Virus record (IMG/VR): IMGVR_UViG_2885526491_000007
Location: 32,001 to 96,000 of that record
DNA from: a virus
Lineage: Duplodnaviria; Caudoviricetes
Direction: 5' to 3' (one strand)
DNA length: 64,000 nucleotides
Of this stretch, positions 1 to 9,797 are shown piece after piece. A model generated the notes under the pieces. The model had not been told where the DNA came from. It made no database searches and saw nothing but the letters and a program-made list of their open reading frames with translations. The translations under genes and the position numbers were made by a program. Each line of letters begins with the position of its first letter. Position 1 is the stretch's first letter.

Positions 1-640
1 TTGCTATGAATTGTTTAAAATCGTCACTAATCCATTTGAGTATTTTATGTATTCGTACTTGACTAAACTTTTCATTTTTCTCGTTATACCACTCAGTTAA
101 CGTTTTATTGTGTTTTTCACTATTACAGAGCCTGCAACTAGGAATACAATTTGAAAGATCGTTTGTTCCATTCGGATTAACATGCTCTTTACTAAAATCG
201 TATAACTTGAAAACTTTTTTAACTTCAATTAAATGTTTGTCTTTGGGCAAGCCGCAGTAAGCACATTCGAAATTGAAATGTTTCTTGCAGTTTTCCCATT
301 CTTCATCTGTAATTTCATGTATTTTTTTATTTTTCCTATAAGATTTCTGTTTGTCGGGATTATTTTTGTACCAATTTTCATAATACCCTCTAGATCTCTT
401 TCTTCTGGTATTTTCTTTAAACTGGACTCTTCTTCTGTCTTTGTTCCGTTCATCACCAGCTCTCACATTTTTCAAATGACGTTCATAATTATCTTCAGCC
501 CATTTTTTAGTCTTTTTAATGGTACAGAGTATACAATATGGCTGATAATAGGTATAGGCTATTCCTTTTGAGTTAAATTTTTGTCGACTATAAAATTCAT
601 CTAGTAGTTTTAATTCATTGCAGATACTACATTCTTTAAT
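1..640 (-). CDS. HNH endonuclease (3' end runs off the window; probable ATT start, in-frame GTG at 658)
   Basis: Manual translation: KECSIC...PYCILC...HEITDEEWENCKKHFNFECAYCG...SKEHVNPNGTNDLSNCIPSCRLCNSEKHNK; RBS GAGGAGGG at 649-656; not in the ORF track. Confidence 0.85.
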   Translation of the reverse strand, partial: MKECSICNELKLLDEFYSRQKFNSKGIAYTYYQPYCILCTIKKTKKWAEDNYERHLKNVRAGDERNKDRRRVQFKENTRRKRSRGYYENWYKNNPDKQKSYRKNKKIHEITDEEWENCKKHFNFECAYCGLPKDKHLIEVKKVFKLYDFSKEHVNPNGTNDLSNCIPSCRLCNSEKHNKTLTEWYNEKNEKFSQVRIHKILKWISDDFKQFIA

Positions 641-908
641 AAGTTTATCCCTCCTCACAAAAGTTGATAAAGCCACTATTTTATTTGTCGCGATCACTTT
701 TAGGGACAAAGTCATTCCCTTTGCAGGAAAGTAGATTTGCGGTTCTACAGAAGTGTTCAAAGTTACAATCTTCGCAAATGTCCATTGCTTCATAATCTTC
801 AAGCTTTTCTTCGCTCAATAACCTCTACCTCACTTATCTTGAAACTTGTATTTTATAAGGAAATAGGGTCTAAAAAATCCATTCCAAAAGTATTTCGAAT
901 GTCTTTTT

Positions 909-1094
909 TTAATTACAACTCCAACACACGTATCCATCTATAGCCTGTGAACATTTCGCACATACTCTCTCAATGTATAATTTACCACCTAAAATCTCTA
1001 CTCTTGAATATTCACCAGACTCTTCTAGTTCTTTTTTCTTTTGTTCAAGAAATGATCTTTTATATGACGATTTACACCAAGGAACTAATGCCAT
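909..1094 (-). CDS. small Cys-rich hypothetical protein
   Basis: RBS AAGGAGG; CxxC...CxxC at the C-terminus. Confidence 0.65.
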   Translation of the reverse strand: MALVPWCKSSYKRSFLEQKKKELEESGEYSRVEILGGKLYIERVCAKCSQAIDGYVCWSCN

Positions 1095-1121
1095 AAAAAT
1101 CCTCCTTCGCTTAAGATTTTT

Positions 1122-1904
1122 CTAAAAACAGATATCAACCAGTTCATCATATGTGCTCTCAATTCTTTGATTAGCCAACTCTATGTATTTACTTTCTGTT
1201 TCAAATCCAATAAATCTACGATTGTTTTTTAATGCTGCTACCGCTGTTGTTCCTGATCCCATGCAATTATCTAGTATGATTGAGTTTTCATTTGTGTAAG
1301 TTAACATTAGGAATTCAAAGAGTTCTAATGGCTTCTGTGTAGGGTGTATTGGCTTCATATCGACCCCAAATCTTTGTACACTTCTAGGGTAGCCCGTATG
1401 TGTCTGAATCGCATCTTTATCAGACTTTCCGTAGTTAGTACCGCCAGCCCCTTCAGATTTCTTTCCACGATCCCCTTTATTAATTGTGGGCTTATCTTTT
1501 TCTACTAATCCTTGAGGGTTGTAGATTGGTAAATTCTTATAAAAGACTAGTACATTTTCATGAGCCTTCATAGGCATCTTCTTAGCGTTTAAATGACCAG
1601 TTGCCTTATTCTTTTCCCATATCCACTCGTATTTTAGAAGTTTTAAATTGCTTGATCCAAGTACCTTATCAAATGGTGTCTGAGCTGTTAAAACAATAGC
1701 TCCGTCATCTTTTATAATTCTTTCATATTGAATCCATAATCTTTCTAGATCGATAATACTATCCCATTTGTTTTGAGTCGTCCCATAAGGTAAATCACAC
1801 AGTATCATATCCACGCTAACATCAGGAATTAATTTCATTCCCTCTAAACAATCCATTTGATAAATGCGATTCAGCTCAATACTGCCTAATAGCTCCTTAG
1901 TCAA
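1122..1904 (-). CDS. orphan DNA N6-adenine/N4-cytosine methyltransferase (beta class)
   Basis: Motif IV DLPY precedes HPTQKP and motif I DNCMGSGTT. Confidence 0.95.
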   Translation of the reverse strand: MTKELLGSIELNRIYQMDCLEGMKLIPDVSVDMILCDLPYGTTQNKWDSIIDLERLWIQYERIIKDDGAIVLTAQTPFDKVLGSSNLKLLKYEWIWEKNKATGHLNAKKMPMKAHENVLVFYKNLPIYNPQGLVEKDKPTINKGDRGKKSEGAGGTNYGKSDKDAIQTHTGYPRSVQRFGVDMKPIHPTQKPLELFEFLMLTYTNENSIILDNCMGSGTTAVAALKNNRRFIGFETESKYIELANQRIESTYDELVDICF

Positions 1905-1957
1905 TTGCCCATCTCCTCATATTTTGATGAAACAGTTCTTTCTTGGACTTCTATGTA

Positions 1958-2212
1958 TTAAAATGTTGTACATCCCTTACGATATCTCTTGCCTTTATAT
2001 TTGAATCGCGCGATGAATGTACGAACTAGAATTAATCCTTCATTCACACGCTCAATCACAATTACACCCTTTTCAGTCATCCATCTTATTTTTCCTTGTA
2101 CATTTGGAATGGAGGATATCATCTTAATGAGATATCCCACCCCAACATTGCTTTGCTCACATCTTACGCGCGCATGATCACTGACTTTGATTCTTACTTT
2201 TTGATTCTTCAT
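1958..2212 (-). CDS. hypothetical protein
   Basis: ORF in operon; SDHARVR motif. Confidence 0.65.
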   Translation of the reverse strand: MKNQKVRIKVSDHARVRCEQSNVGVGYLIKMISSIPNVQGKIRWMTEKGVIVIERVNEGLILVRTFIARFKYKGKRYRKGCTTF

Positions 2213-2217
2213 ATGTA

Positions 2218-2439
2218 TTACCGTTTATTAGATTTGCGCTGAGTACGTTGCTTCTTGAATTTAGTCAACACAGATCCTTCCTTTCGACCATTTTCTGCTG
2301 GCTTAACATAATGGAATGAGAAACCCTTTTTAGCTGCTTGCTGTTTAGCTGCAATGACTGCACCAAGATAATCAGCAGGAAGATTGTCGATTACCACACT
2401 TTGATTGTTGTTGTTAGTTGCGATTCCGTAAAATTTCAT
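2218..2439 (-). CDS. hypothetical protein
   Basis: ORF with GGAG RBS. Confidence 0.65.
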   Translation of the reverse strand: MKFYGIATNNNNQSVVIDNLPADYLGAVIAAKQQAAKKGFSFHYVKPAENGRKEGSVLTKFKKQRTQRKSNKR

Positions 2440-2471
2440 ATGTATATTTCTCCATTCGTATATGTATTATT

Positions 2472-4115
2472 TTATTGTTTAATTACTTCTCTATAATCTT
2501 CAATGAACAATTGGCATGTCTTAGTAACTTTAAATTTAGGCTTATATTCAGTCCAAATGTTCATATTGAGCGAACCTATCGCCTCTATATCTGTAAATAC
2601 CGGAACCTTATTGTAATACTCAATATCGACTTTGAACTTCATTAGTTGTAACTTTCCGCAATCTATCTTTACAGTGTTATTTGATTTTCCTAATGGTTTT
2701 CTATCTGAGATGAACAGATCTTTGATTAAAAACATTCCCGGCTTAAAACCATTACCTGAGTACCGATAAAACTCGGTAATATAATTGATAAATCTCTCAT
2801 CGATTTCATTGACACTAAACTCTAAGTCATAGTACAGCGTGTCATCTGGAACAAAACTACTTAACCGATTATTGAGCTCATCCTTCAGTTCTTGTAAATT
2901 CTCTTTTTTTATACTCAGCCCTCCTGCGCCGGGGTGTCCACCTGTATGTTCAATAGCCCTACATTTTTCTAATAGGTCAAGCATGGAGAAATCTTCTAAT
3001 CCGCGAAAGCTTCCTGCATATGTATTTTTATCGTCTCCATCCCCCAGAACAATAGCTGGCCTATTGAATTTCTTAGACAGCTCCTGTCCTACAAGGCCGT
3101 TCATCCCTTTTCCGATTGATGGATCATAAATTATTGCTACTTTATCGTCGTCACTAATGTTATCTTTGTGTCTCTCAAGAGCTTCAGCTTGCACAACTTT
3201 CCGATATTCATTTAATTTAATTAACTCTTTTATATACTCTTTCAATTCAGGTGTTTCTTTGTCACACATTAAGAAATCAATTGCCAGTTTAATATTGTCA
3301 ACTCTGGTCGCCGCTGTAATAGCAGGACTTACTCCATATAAAAAATCAGTTGCGGTTAGGTTATTCAAATCCTTCTTCATGCCTTTAAAGAGTTGCTTTA
3401 ATCCTTCATGCCGCAAACCTTTTAGTGACAACTTGGCATAATATCTATTTTCCATTTCCATCATTAACATCATGTCTGCCATAAGTGAGAAACCCGGCAA
3501 ATCACTTAATTCATAAGAATAAGAGGTTTCCATTAGATCATCTAGCACCTGACACAACTTAAAGGTTAAAAGTCCTCCACATGCATTTTTATTTGGATAA
3601 CCGCAATCGTCTTGTTGTGGATTTACGATTATTGCGAAAGAATTTGCATTAGTAATTGTGTGGTGATCTATAATTAGACAGTCGATTCCTTTTTCAGTTA
3701 AATACTTCATCGACTCCGTATCATTAGATGAGCTATCCAATGCAATAAACAGTTTAGTTTCGTCTGGAATACTTTGTATCAAACTACCAATCATGTGGCC
3801 TTTTGATCTTTCATTGCACACATAGTGTAACCTGTCTGTGAAGTTGCTTAAGTATTTGTAAAGAATAACAAGCGAAGTCACTCCGTCCATATCCGGGTCG
3901 CCTGAAATTGTGACTAATTCATTTTTATCTAATGCATTCTTAATTCTTTGCCCAACCAAATCAATGTTTTTCAGTAGATATGGACTATGCACTAAATTAG
4001 AGAGCGGATTCAGAAATTCATCGATATTTTCAATCTCATTAATCTTCGCTAGTTTTGAATATGTATTGTCATAAGGTTCAAATGGAATTTTGGGTTGCTT
4101 TTGTTTCCATGCTAT
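2472..4115 (-). CDS. recJ: RecJ-like DHH ssDNA exonuclease (YorK-like); probable ATA start
   Basis: GDPDMDG, DHH, GSFRG, GGHPGAGG motifs; frame stays open 41 codons above the track start up to ATA-GCA-TGG behind AAAGGAGTGA. Confidence 0.92.
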   Translation of the reverse strand: MAWKQKQPKIPFEPYDNTYSKLAKINEIENIDEFLNPLSNLVHSPYLLKNIDLVGQRIKNALDKNELVTISGDPDMDGVTSLVILYKYLSNFTDRLHYVCNERSKGHMIGSLIQSIPDETKLFIALDSSSNDTESMKYLTEKGIDCLIIDHHTITNANSFAIIVNPQQDDCGYPNKNACGGLLTFKLCQVLDDLMETSYSYELSDLPGFSLMADMMLMMEMENRYYAKLSLKGLRHEGLKQLFKGMKKDLNNLTATDFLYGVSPAITAATRVDNIKLAIDFLMCDKETPELKEYIKELIKLNEYRKVVQAEALERHKDNISDDDKVAIIYDPSIGKGMNGLVGQELSKKFNRPAIVLGDGDDKNTYAGSFRGLEDFSMLDLLEKCRAIEHTGGHPGAGGLSIKKENLQELKDELNNRLSSFVPDDTLYYDLEFSVNEIDERFINYITEFYRYSGNGFKPGMFLIKDLFISDRKPLGKSNNTVKIDCGKLQLMKFKVDIEYYNKVPVFTDIEAIGSLNMNIWTEYKPKFKVTKTCQLFIEDYREVIKQ

Positions 4116-4378
4116 GGCAAAATCACTCCTTTCAACATTTTACTGAACTACTATTTTGAATTTTTCAGGTAATGCAATATTCTCATTATTATTTATCCAA
4201 CTACTTGTTAACCACTTGTCTACCAATCCTGTATGTTTGTTGATGATTTTGATATTCACTTTTCTCAAATCGATCCACTCCTCAGAAATTAGTTAAGCAG
4301 CATTTTAAAACCCTTGTGTTTACTGGCTTTTTTGATCTTCAATTCTAGGTAAAAGAGCAGTTTCATTTAAGCCTTAAA

Positions 4379-4591
4379 TTACCACCAATATCGGTCTGTT
4401 TCATCTGAATATTCGCCCATCTTGCAATAACGCTGATAGTGATCCCAATTATCCAAATCTAGTCCTTGCTTTTTGCCATCCTCATAATCCTCATCTGAAT
4501 ATGGCTTCGTTGGATCGCCACCACACAACGATAATTCTTCAATGCTGCTTCTTTGAATCAATTGATTGATAATATCTTCCGTTGAATTCAT
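4379..4591 (-). CDS. hypothetical protein
   Basis: ORF with AAAGGAG RBS. Confidence 0.6.
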   Translation of the reverse strand: MNSTEDIINQLIQRSSIEELSLCGGDPTKPYSDEDYEDGKKQGLDLDNWDHYQRYCKMGEYSDETDRYWW

Positions 4592-4618
4592 ATTCAGTTC
4601 TCCTTTAAATCGAATTTC

Positions 4619-4945
4619 TTACCACTTAACACTTGGAAGCTTATGTAGCTTTCTTACATATCTTTTGACTAGCCAGTAGCTGATTGGATCGCGAATCTTC
4701 ATACCCTTATCTTCAAACTTGATGATGCTTGCATGAAAATAACATTTAGCTTCTTCATTTTCGAAACTCTTTGGATAAGACTTCAGCCGTTTCCATTCGT
4801 ATTTATTCCAGTTCTCTTTAAATTTCTTGTAGCTTCCCCATCCAGATCTCTGCGTGTCGCCATTGGTCATAGAGATATGACCTAACCAAGGCACACAGGG
4901 AATTGAAATTAGTGCGTAAATAATCAAGCAGGCTGCAATTAACAT
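4619..4945 (-). CDS. membrane-anchored hypothetical protein (paralog of 62038..62493)
   Basis: N-terminal TM; shared GWxSY..F...YEWK...HAxIIKFEDxGMKIxDPxSY. Confidence 0.75.
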   Translation of the reverse strand: MLIAACLIIYALISIPCVPWLGHISMTNGDTQRSGWGSYKKFKENWNKYEWKRLKSYPKSFENEEAKCYFHASIIKFEDKGMKIRDPISYWLVKRYVRKLHKLPSVKW

Positions 4946-4999
4946 TTACATTCTCTCCTTTTGTAAGTAAAAGTATATTTTTACTTAGATTTTCAGTTG

Positions 5000-5302
5000 C
5001 TAGAAGGCAATGCCTAAAATATCACATGCAGTGCGCATCCCTACCTTGAAATCACTTTCTCTTCCCTGATAACCATCTACTACATATTTGTCGAAGCTAT
5101 TGTAGGCCAATCGTAGCTTTTTTTCTATTGAAATCTTTTCTCCAAGGTATTCGCAAATAGTTTCAAGGGGGATATTGTGCAAAATCTCATCATCCCACAA
5201 AGCTGGATTTTGAGAGTGACACTTGATAAACCATTCATTGTTAACTTCACTGACAATCTCATTGATAAGCTCTTTTTGTTCATTCGTTAATACATATACC
5301 AT
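5000..5302 (-). CDS. hypothetical protein
   Basis: ORF bounded by palindromes at 4967 and 5329. Confidence 0.65.
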   Translation of the reverse strand: MVYVLTNEQKELINEIVSEVNNEWFIKCHSQNPALWDDEILHNIPLETICEYLGEKISIEKKLRLAYNSFDKYVVDGYQGRESDFKVGMRTACDILGIAF

Positions 5303-5406
5303 TCCATCATCTTCCTTTCTGATTCTCCATCAAACTCTTCTTTCACAGGAACGGGGTAACAAGCAAAGTCACTTTATTCACTTGTCACTCCCATCTCCCC
5401 GAATGA

Positions 5407-5796
5407 TTATTTATCTAATTGACCAAGCATTGCTTGTAGCTCTTTAACGGACTTGTTCTCCAATTCTTGATTTTGTTTGGTGAACAAGATTTCTTGGATC
5501 TTCTGTTTTTGTTCTTTTTGAGCTTTTGCCTTAAATTGCGCTTCTTTCTCTGCAAGTTTAGTTGAAACAATATACCTTACTAGTTCAATTTTTACATCAA
5601 GCTCTTTATCCTCTTTTGTTTTAGAATTCAATAGGCTTTCTTCTTTTACTTGTTTCAGTTGAGAATTAAGTGTTTTGAAAATTGAATCTAAGTTTTCAAC
5701 ACTCAAATCCCACAGATCCTCTGTGCTTATCAAGCCTTTAAACTGGAATCGAATCTTAGTTTTTGTTGCAATTTCAAAAATGTTTTCTGTTGTCAT
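5407..5796 (-). CDS. conserved phage coiled-coil protein (partner of the upstream 681-aa gene)
   Basis: RFQFKGLISTEDLWDL motif; AGGAGAG RBS. Confidence 0.8.
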   Translation of the reverse strand: MTTENIFEIATKTKIRFQFKGLISTEDLWDLSVENLDSIFKTLNSQLKQVKEESLLNSKTKEDKELDVKIELVRYIVSTKLAEKEAQFKAKAQKEQKQKIQEILFTKQNQELENKSVKELQAMLGQLDK

Positions 5797-5822
5797 AGTT
5801 AATCTCTCCTTAATATTGGTTA

Positions 5823-7868
5823 TTAAAATTTCACTTTAAGAATTCTCTCAGTTTGTCCCTTTACTTTAACCAGTAGATCATTTCGTCTAGTCGAACTGAA
5901 TCCAATCCCCGACAACTGATCATCCACAGGTTTAATAGATAGTTTACTTCCTAGTGCCTCAAGAACTCTTCTGTGCTGCATCAATTCCTCTACCAAGAAT
6001 TCATTATAAAATCCAGATGGTGATTCTGTATTGGTACAGTCCTTTAGGAAAAACATATAATGCTTATGCCCAATTCCTTGTTGTTGATTCCAGTAGTTAG
6101 GCGAATATGAGACAACACTTACTGGAACAAATTGATTAGTCTTTACTCCCCATACATCCTTAGATGATGCACTTGAAGGCAATTTTTCCTTAAGAGTAAA
6201 CCCTTTGTCTCGACTAAAATTCACTTCTGCTACTTCAACTTTCTCACCATTTCTCAATTCTTGGCTGTAGTCGAAGGAATAAATTTGTCCATCAAATTCA
6301 ATCTCTGCTTTGAAACCTGTCTTCCCTCCGCGATGTGAAAAGTTATGAACTAAGAATTTATATGTTCCTTCTTGCATTCTGTCTTTATTTGTCCAAGTAA
6401 TATTCTCAACTGCTGGAATTCCCCTAAGCGGATTAATAATATCCACATCTAGTTGACCTGTAGTATATCTATTATTCTTTTCACCATAATAAAGTAGATT
6501 ACCATCAGGTTCATAGCAATGAGCGTCCAAATCATTTTCGTCATATTGCTCGTCATTCCATTGAATAGAAAATCTGAGTACACCTTCTACATTGCCACCT
6601 GCTGATTTTACTCGTTCCTTCAGTGCGCTATCGGTAATATTACCAGAATAGGCCCAACTAAAAGCATTGTCCCATTTAAACATTGACTCTGCGCTGCTGT
6701 CTTCGGGAGCAATAAGTGATACCATATTTCCAGAATGCTTACTTTCCAGAAACACTTCTAGTTCATTTGCAGTGGGGAGAATGTGATCAATAAAGCTGTC
6801 AATGGAAACCTCTTCTACTCGCGAAAAACTCTTAGGGTTAATACCAATATCTTTTGACATCTTATCAAAAACATTTGCAGCGCCCTGAATACGATTTGCT
6901 GAGTCTTTGTTAGAGAAAAGGATGTTGTTCACTGTAATATCATCTAAAGTTGCATGTCTGCGATCCAATGAATTTAAGTATCCAAGCTGTTCAATGGTTT
7001 TGCGAGCATCATCAAGCATTCTTTGAGTGAAAATTGGCTTGCTTCGCTTGTAGTTTTGAGGTGCTACAATCACTTCATATTTCTTTACAGCCGTGTCCAA
7101 ATCCAAGCCTTCACTAACATTGATAAGCAGAGTGCCAATACTGTGGTTCCTGATGCGCCCGATTGCACCGCCAACTTTAACGGATTGTTCCCATGCATAG
7201 TTATTTTTTTCCTGAATGGAACTTAGTAAGTCATATGTCTTTTTGTGCTTTAGGAATTCAGTTAGTACTCCTTTCCACTCTTCACCCTTATACAAGGAGT
7301 TCTGAGAAATGAGCTCTAAAACTGTAAGTAAGCTGTCTGCACTGATTTCTTCAAGGGATCGTTTAAATACATTGCGTGTATCTCTGTATACTCCTTTTGT
7401 TTCTGCTTCTGACTTACTGCTTTGATCAAAGAATCCTTCTGGCAACTCCATGTACAGGTGATCCCATTCAATGATCTTTGTATTTGTTTTTTCAAAATTC
7501 TTATCTGTGCCGATTTTCTTAAACTTGGTTACATATACATCAGAAACATCATGAGACCTAATGAAGGTTGAAAGTGCGTTAAGTACTGGTTGGAACTTTG
7601 TTTCGTTGGTCTCAAAATCCCAAATAGTAGTGACCTGATTGTCTTTAATAAACACTGCGTTTCCAATATTTTTGATAAACTGTCTACAGCAACTACAATC
7701 GTATTCTCTTCGTTCACGGAAAATTTCATTTGTTCCTTTTGGGAAACTGTCAAGATATAGATTCCAGAGCTCGTCTTTGTCCACATCCACCTCAAACAAT
7801 TTGGTGGCATCTTGAGACAGTTTGTTGAAATTTTTCTGAAGCAGCACCTTTAACTCTTTGGTTTGCAT
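5823..7868 (-). CDS. large conserved phage protein with C-terminal YfaP/DUF2135-like domain
   Basis: YDCSCCRQFI; DLDAHCYEPDG...LDVD...AVENITW...GTYKFLVHNF. Confidence 0.75.
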   Translation of the reverse strand: MQTKELKVLLQKNFNKLSQDATKLFEVDVDKDELWNLYLDSFPKGTNEIFRERREYDCSCCRQFIKNIGNAVFIKDNQVTTIWDFETNETKFQPVLNALSTFIRSHDVSDVYVTKFKKIGTDKNFEKTNTKIIEWDHLYMELPEGFFDQSSKSEAETKGVYRDTRNVFKRSLEEISADSLLTVLELISQNSLYKGEEWKGVLTEFLKHKKTYDLLSSIQEKNNYAWEQSVKVGGAIGRIRNHSIGTLLINVSEGLDLDTAVKKYEVIVAPQNYKRSKPIFTQRMLDDARKTIEQLGYLNSLDRRHATLDDITVNNILFSNKDSANRIQGAANVFDKMSKDIGINPKSFSRVEEVSIDSFIDHILPTANELEVFLESKHSGNMVSLIAPEDSSAESMFKWDNAFSWAYSGNITDSALKERVKSAGGNVEGVLRFSIQWNDEQYDENDLDAHCYEPDGNLLYYGEKNNRYTTGQLDVDIINPLRGIPAVENITWTNKDRMQEGTYKFLVHNFSHRGGKTGFKAEIEFDGQIYSFDYSQELRNGEKVEVAEVNFSRDKGFTLKEKLPSSASSKDVWGVKTNQFVPVSVVSYSPNYWNQQQGIGHKHYMFFLKDCTNTESPSGFYNEFLVEELMQHRRVLEALGSKLSIKPVDDQLSGIGFSSTRRNDLLVKVKGQTERILKVKF

Positions 7869-8186
7869 ATATGTAAAACTCCTTTTTTATGGTTTTTAAA
7901 TTTCTATGTAACTATTTGTTTTGTTGATGAAATTCAAACTTCATCTACTTTTTATTTTTCCGTTAGCTCGATAGTTATTTGACCGGAAGAATAAGTTGCA
8001 TCTTGATTGATGATTAGATTTGATAATCCGTACTCATCTCGCATTTCTTTTACTATCTCAAAAATTTTCTCATCCAGTAACTCTGTAAACTGCTCAATAT
8101 TCATTTAATAAATCCCTCCCAATCTTGATCAAATCCAACATTCATCAGATTACTTCTCTCAACCCGATGAATGTTGTCTAGTACAG

Positions 8187-8429
8187 TCACTTGTAAAACT
8201 CTTTTTTGCAGCAGATCCAGAATGAATAGTTCTCATTTCCGTTGTCATCCAATATGTATATTTCTTCTTCAACCGCTGCGCAATCGTCATACTTTATAAT
8301 GTAAAGCTTGTACATTCCCCCGATAGTGACTGGTACATTTCTTATACAGGCTAGTATTTTGACATGGGTGGCTTCCTCCTCATTTTGTGTGGGCGTAAGA
8401 TCAGATACGTCCATCCTCTGCTCATACAT
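8187..8429 (-). CDS. hypothetical protein
   Basis: ORF downstream of the promoter at 8459-8486. Confidence 0.6.
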   Translation of the reverse strand: MYEQRMDVSDLTPTQNEEEATHVKILACIRNVPVTIGGMYKLYIIKYDDCAAVEEEIYILDDNGNENYSFWICCKKEFYK

Positions 8430-8458
8430 TCGACCATCCCTTTCAGTCTTATATTGTT

Positions 8459-8505
8459 ATTATACTACCGTTATTCATTATGTCAATATGTATTTTTATT
8501 CTTAA
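8459..8505 (-). promoter_or_regulatory. sigmaA-type promoter with upstream TAAGAATAAAAATA operator-like motif
   Basis: Minus strand TTAAGAATAAAAATACATA-TTGACA-16-TATAAT; same motif at promoters near 14451, 19486, 27406, 43224, 54640, 57977, 63081, 63761 and inverted at 45690/45719. Confidence 0.75.
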
Positions 8506-8704
8506 ATTGTTTTAATGAAAACTATATTTTATCTGCTTATACATCAGTCAAAATATCCATCATCTTTTCAATGTCCTCATCATTCAGCCCATTGACTTCT
8601 TTCCAATCATTTACTAAAAACCTTAAGGGTGGACACTCCAGATCCCACCAAGATAGAAAGCTAAGTTGTTCAAGCTGTTTTACCGTAAACATTTAACACC
8701 TCTC

Positions 8705-9778
8705 TCATATAGAAATTTTAAATTTAGATTCTTCGTACAATTGCTTAAATGTATCCACACCAAGATCACAAGGACTATCCCTGTCTTTAAACATGTTTTT
8801 ATTGTCAAATAACGCATACACATTCCGTGTTTTACCAAACTTAGCAGCTTGTTTTTTTATTGCTTCTACGGACTTATCCTTATCCATAGCAATGACAATA
8901 TTGATGTCTAGCCCTAACTCTTTGATCATCTTTACCTGATACTCGCTAATGTCGTCACCACTAATTGCCAGACAATTTCTATAGCCAAATTGACTGCTTA
9001 ACCAACATGTCTTTTCAGCTTCAAATATGATCACTTCTTTTTCCTCAAGAATGTAGTACATAGCCCTATGCCAGTTGTACCACTCAATCATCTTATTAAA
9101 ATTGATGAGATACATAAATTTATAGATATCTCTATCCTCATAATCCTCATAAATTGTTCTGCCTTTGACAGAGATAATATCCCCGAAACGGTTGTGTATT
9201 GGAAATACAATTCTTTGACTTCTTATGTCATATCCTATGCCAAATTCAATTTGTGTTTTGTAATCAACTCCTTCATCGTAATATTTTTTATGTGGTAACA
9301 TTACAAATTGATTCATGTACTCATCGTCATAGATATTGTTTTCCAAATCATCTCTCAGTCGACTCTTCTTGCGCCCTCTTTTTACATTTTTCAACCAGCT
9401 TAAATGATCTAATGATGGATTGGGAGAATAAACTCCTGATAAAAATTGCTTATAATTTAACTTATCACATATCCATCTTTTCGCCTTTGGTAGACTTTTC
9501 TTTTGCTCATCTAACGTGTAATCATCGAAAACTATGTATGATACTAATCCGTAAATATCGATATCTGATTCTCCAAGCGACCTAATTCTGCTAGATAAAG
9601 ATTCATTAAGGTAAACCTGTACAGACCTTTTATTTGGGGACTCAAATTTGTGGGGCAATTGTGCTTCATATCTATTTTTCTTGGGATTAACATGTTCACA
9701 CCCCATTAATTCAAGCAATTCTCCAACTCGGTCTTCCTCAAGTATCTTCTGTTTGATTAATTTTAAGTCATCAATCAT
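8705..9778 (-). CDS. DNA primase (TOPRIM; YorJ-like)
   Basis: RIVFPIHN...KGR, IIFEAEK, IAMDKD motifs; adjacent to helicase. Confidence 0.9.
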   Translation of the reverse strand: MIDDLKLIKQKILEEDRVGELLELMGCEHVNPKKNRYEAQLPHKFESPNKRSVQVYLNESLSSRIRSLGESDIDIYGLVSYIVFDDYTLDEQKKSLPKAKRWICDKLNYKQFLSGVYSPNPSLDHLSWLKNVKRGRKKSRLRDDLENNIYDDEYMNQFVMLPHKKYYDEGVDYKTQIEFGIGYDIRSQRIVFPIHNRFGDIISVKGRTIYEDYEDRDIYKFMYLINFNKMIEWYNWHRAMYYILEEKEVIIFEAEKTCWLSSQFGYRNCLAISGDDISEYQVKMIKELGLDINIVIAMDKDKSVEAIKKQAAKFGKTRNVYALFDNKNMFKDRDSPCDLGVDTFKQLYEESKFKISI

Positions 9779-9797
9779 GCTGCTCCTCCAAGGGAGT

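Noticed and set aside
1122-1904. Restriction-modification system with the nearby HNH
   Set aside because: The HNH resembles free-standing phage homing-type nucleases; orphan methyltransferases are usual in these phages
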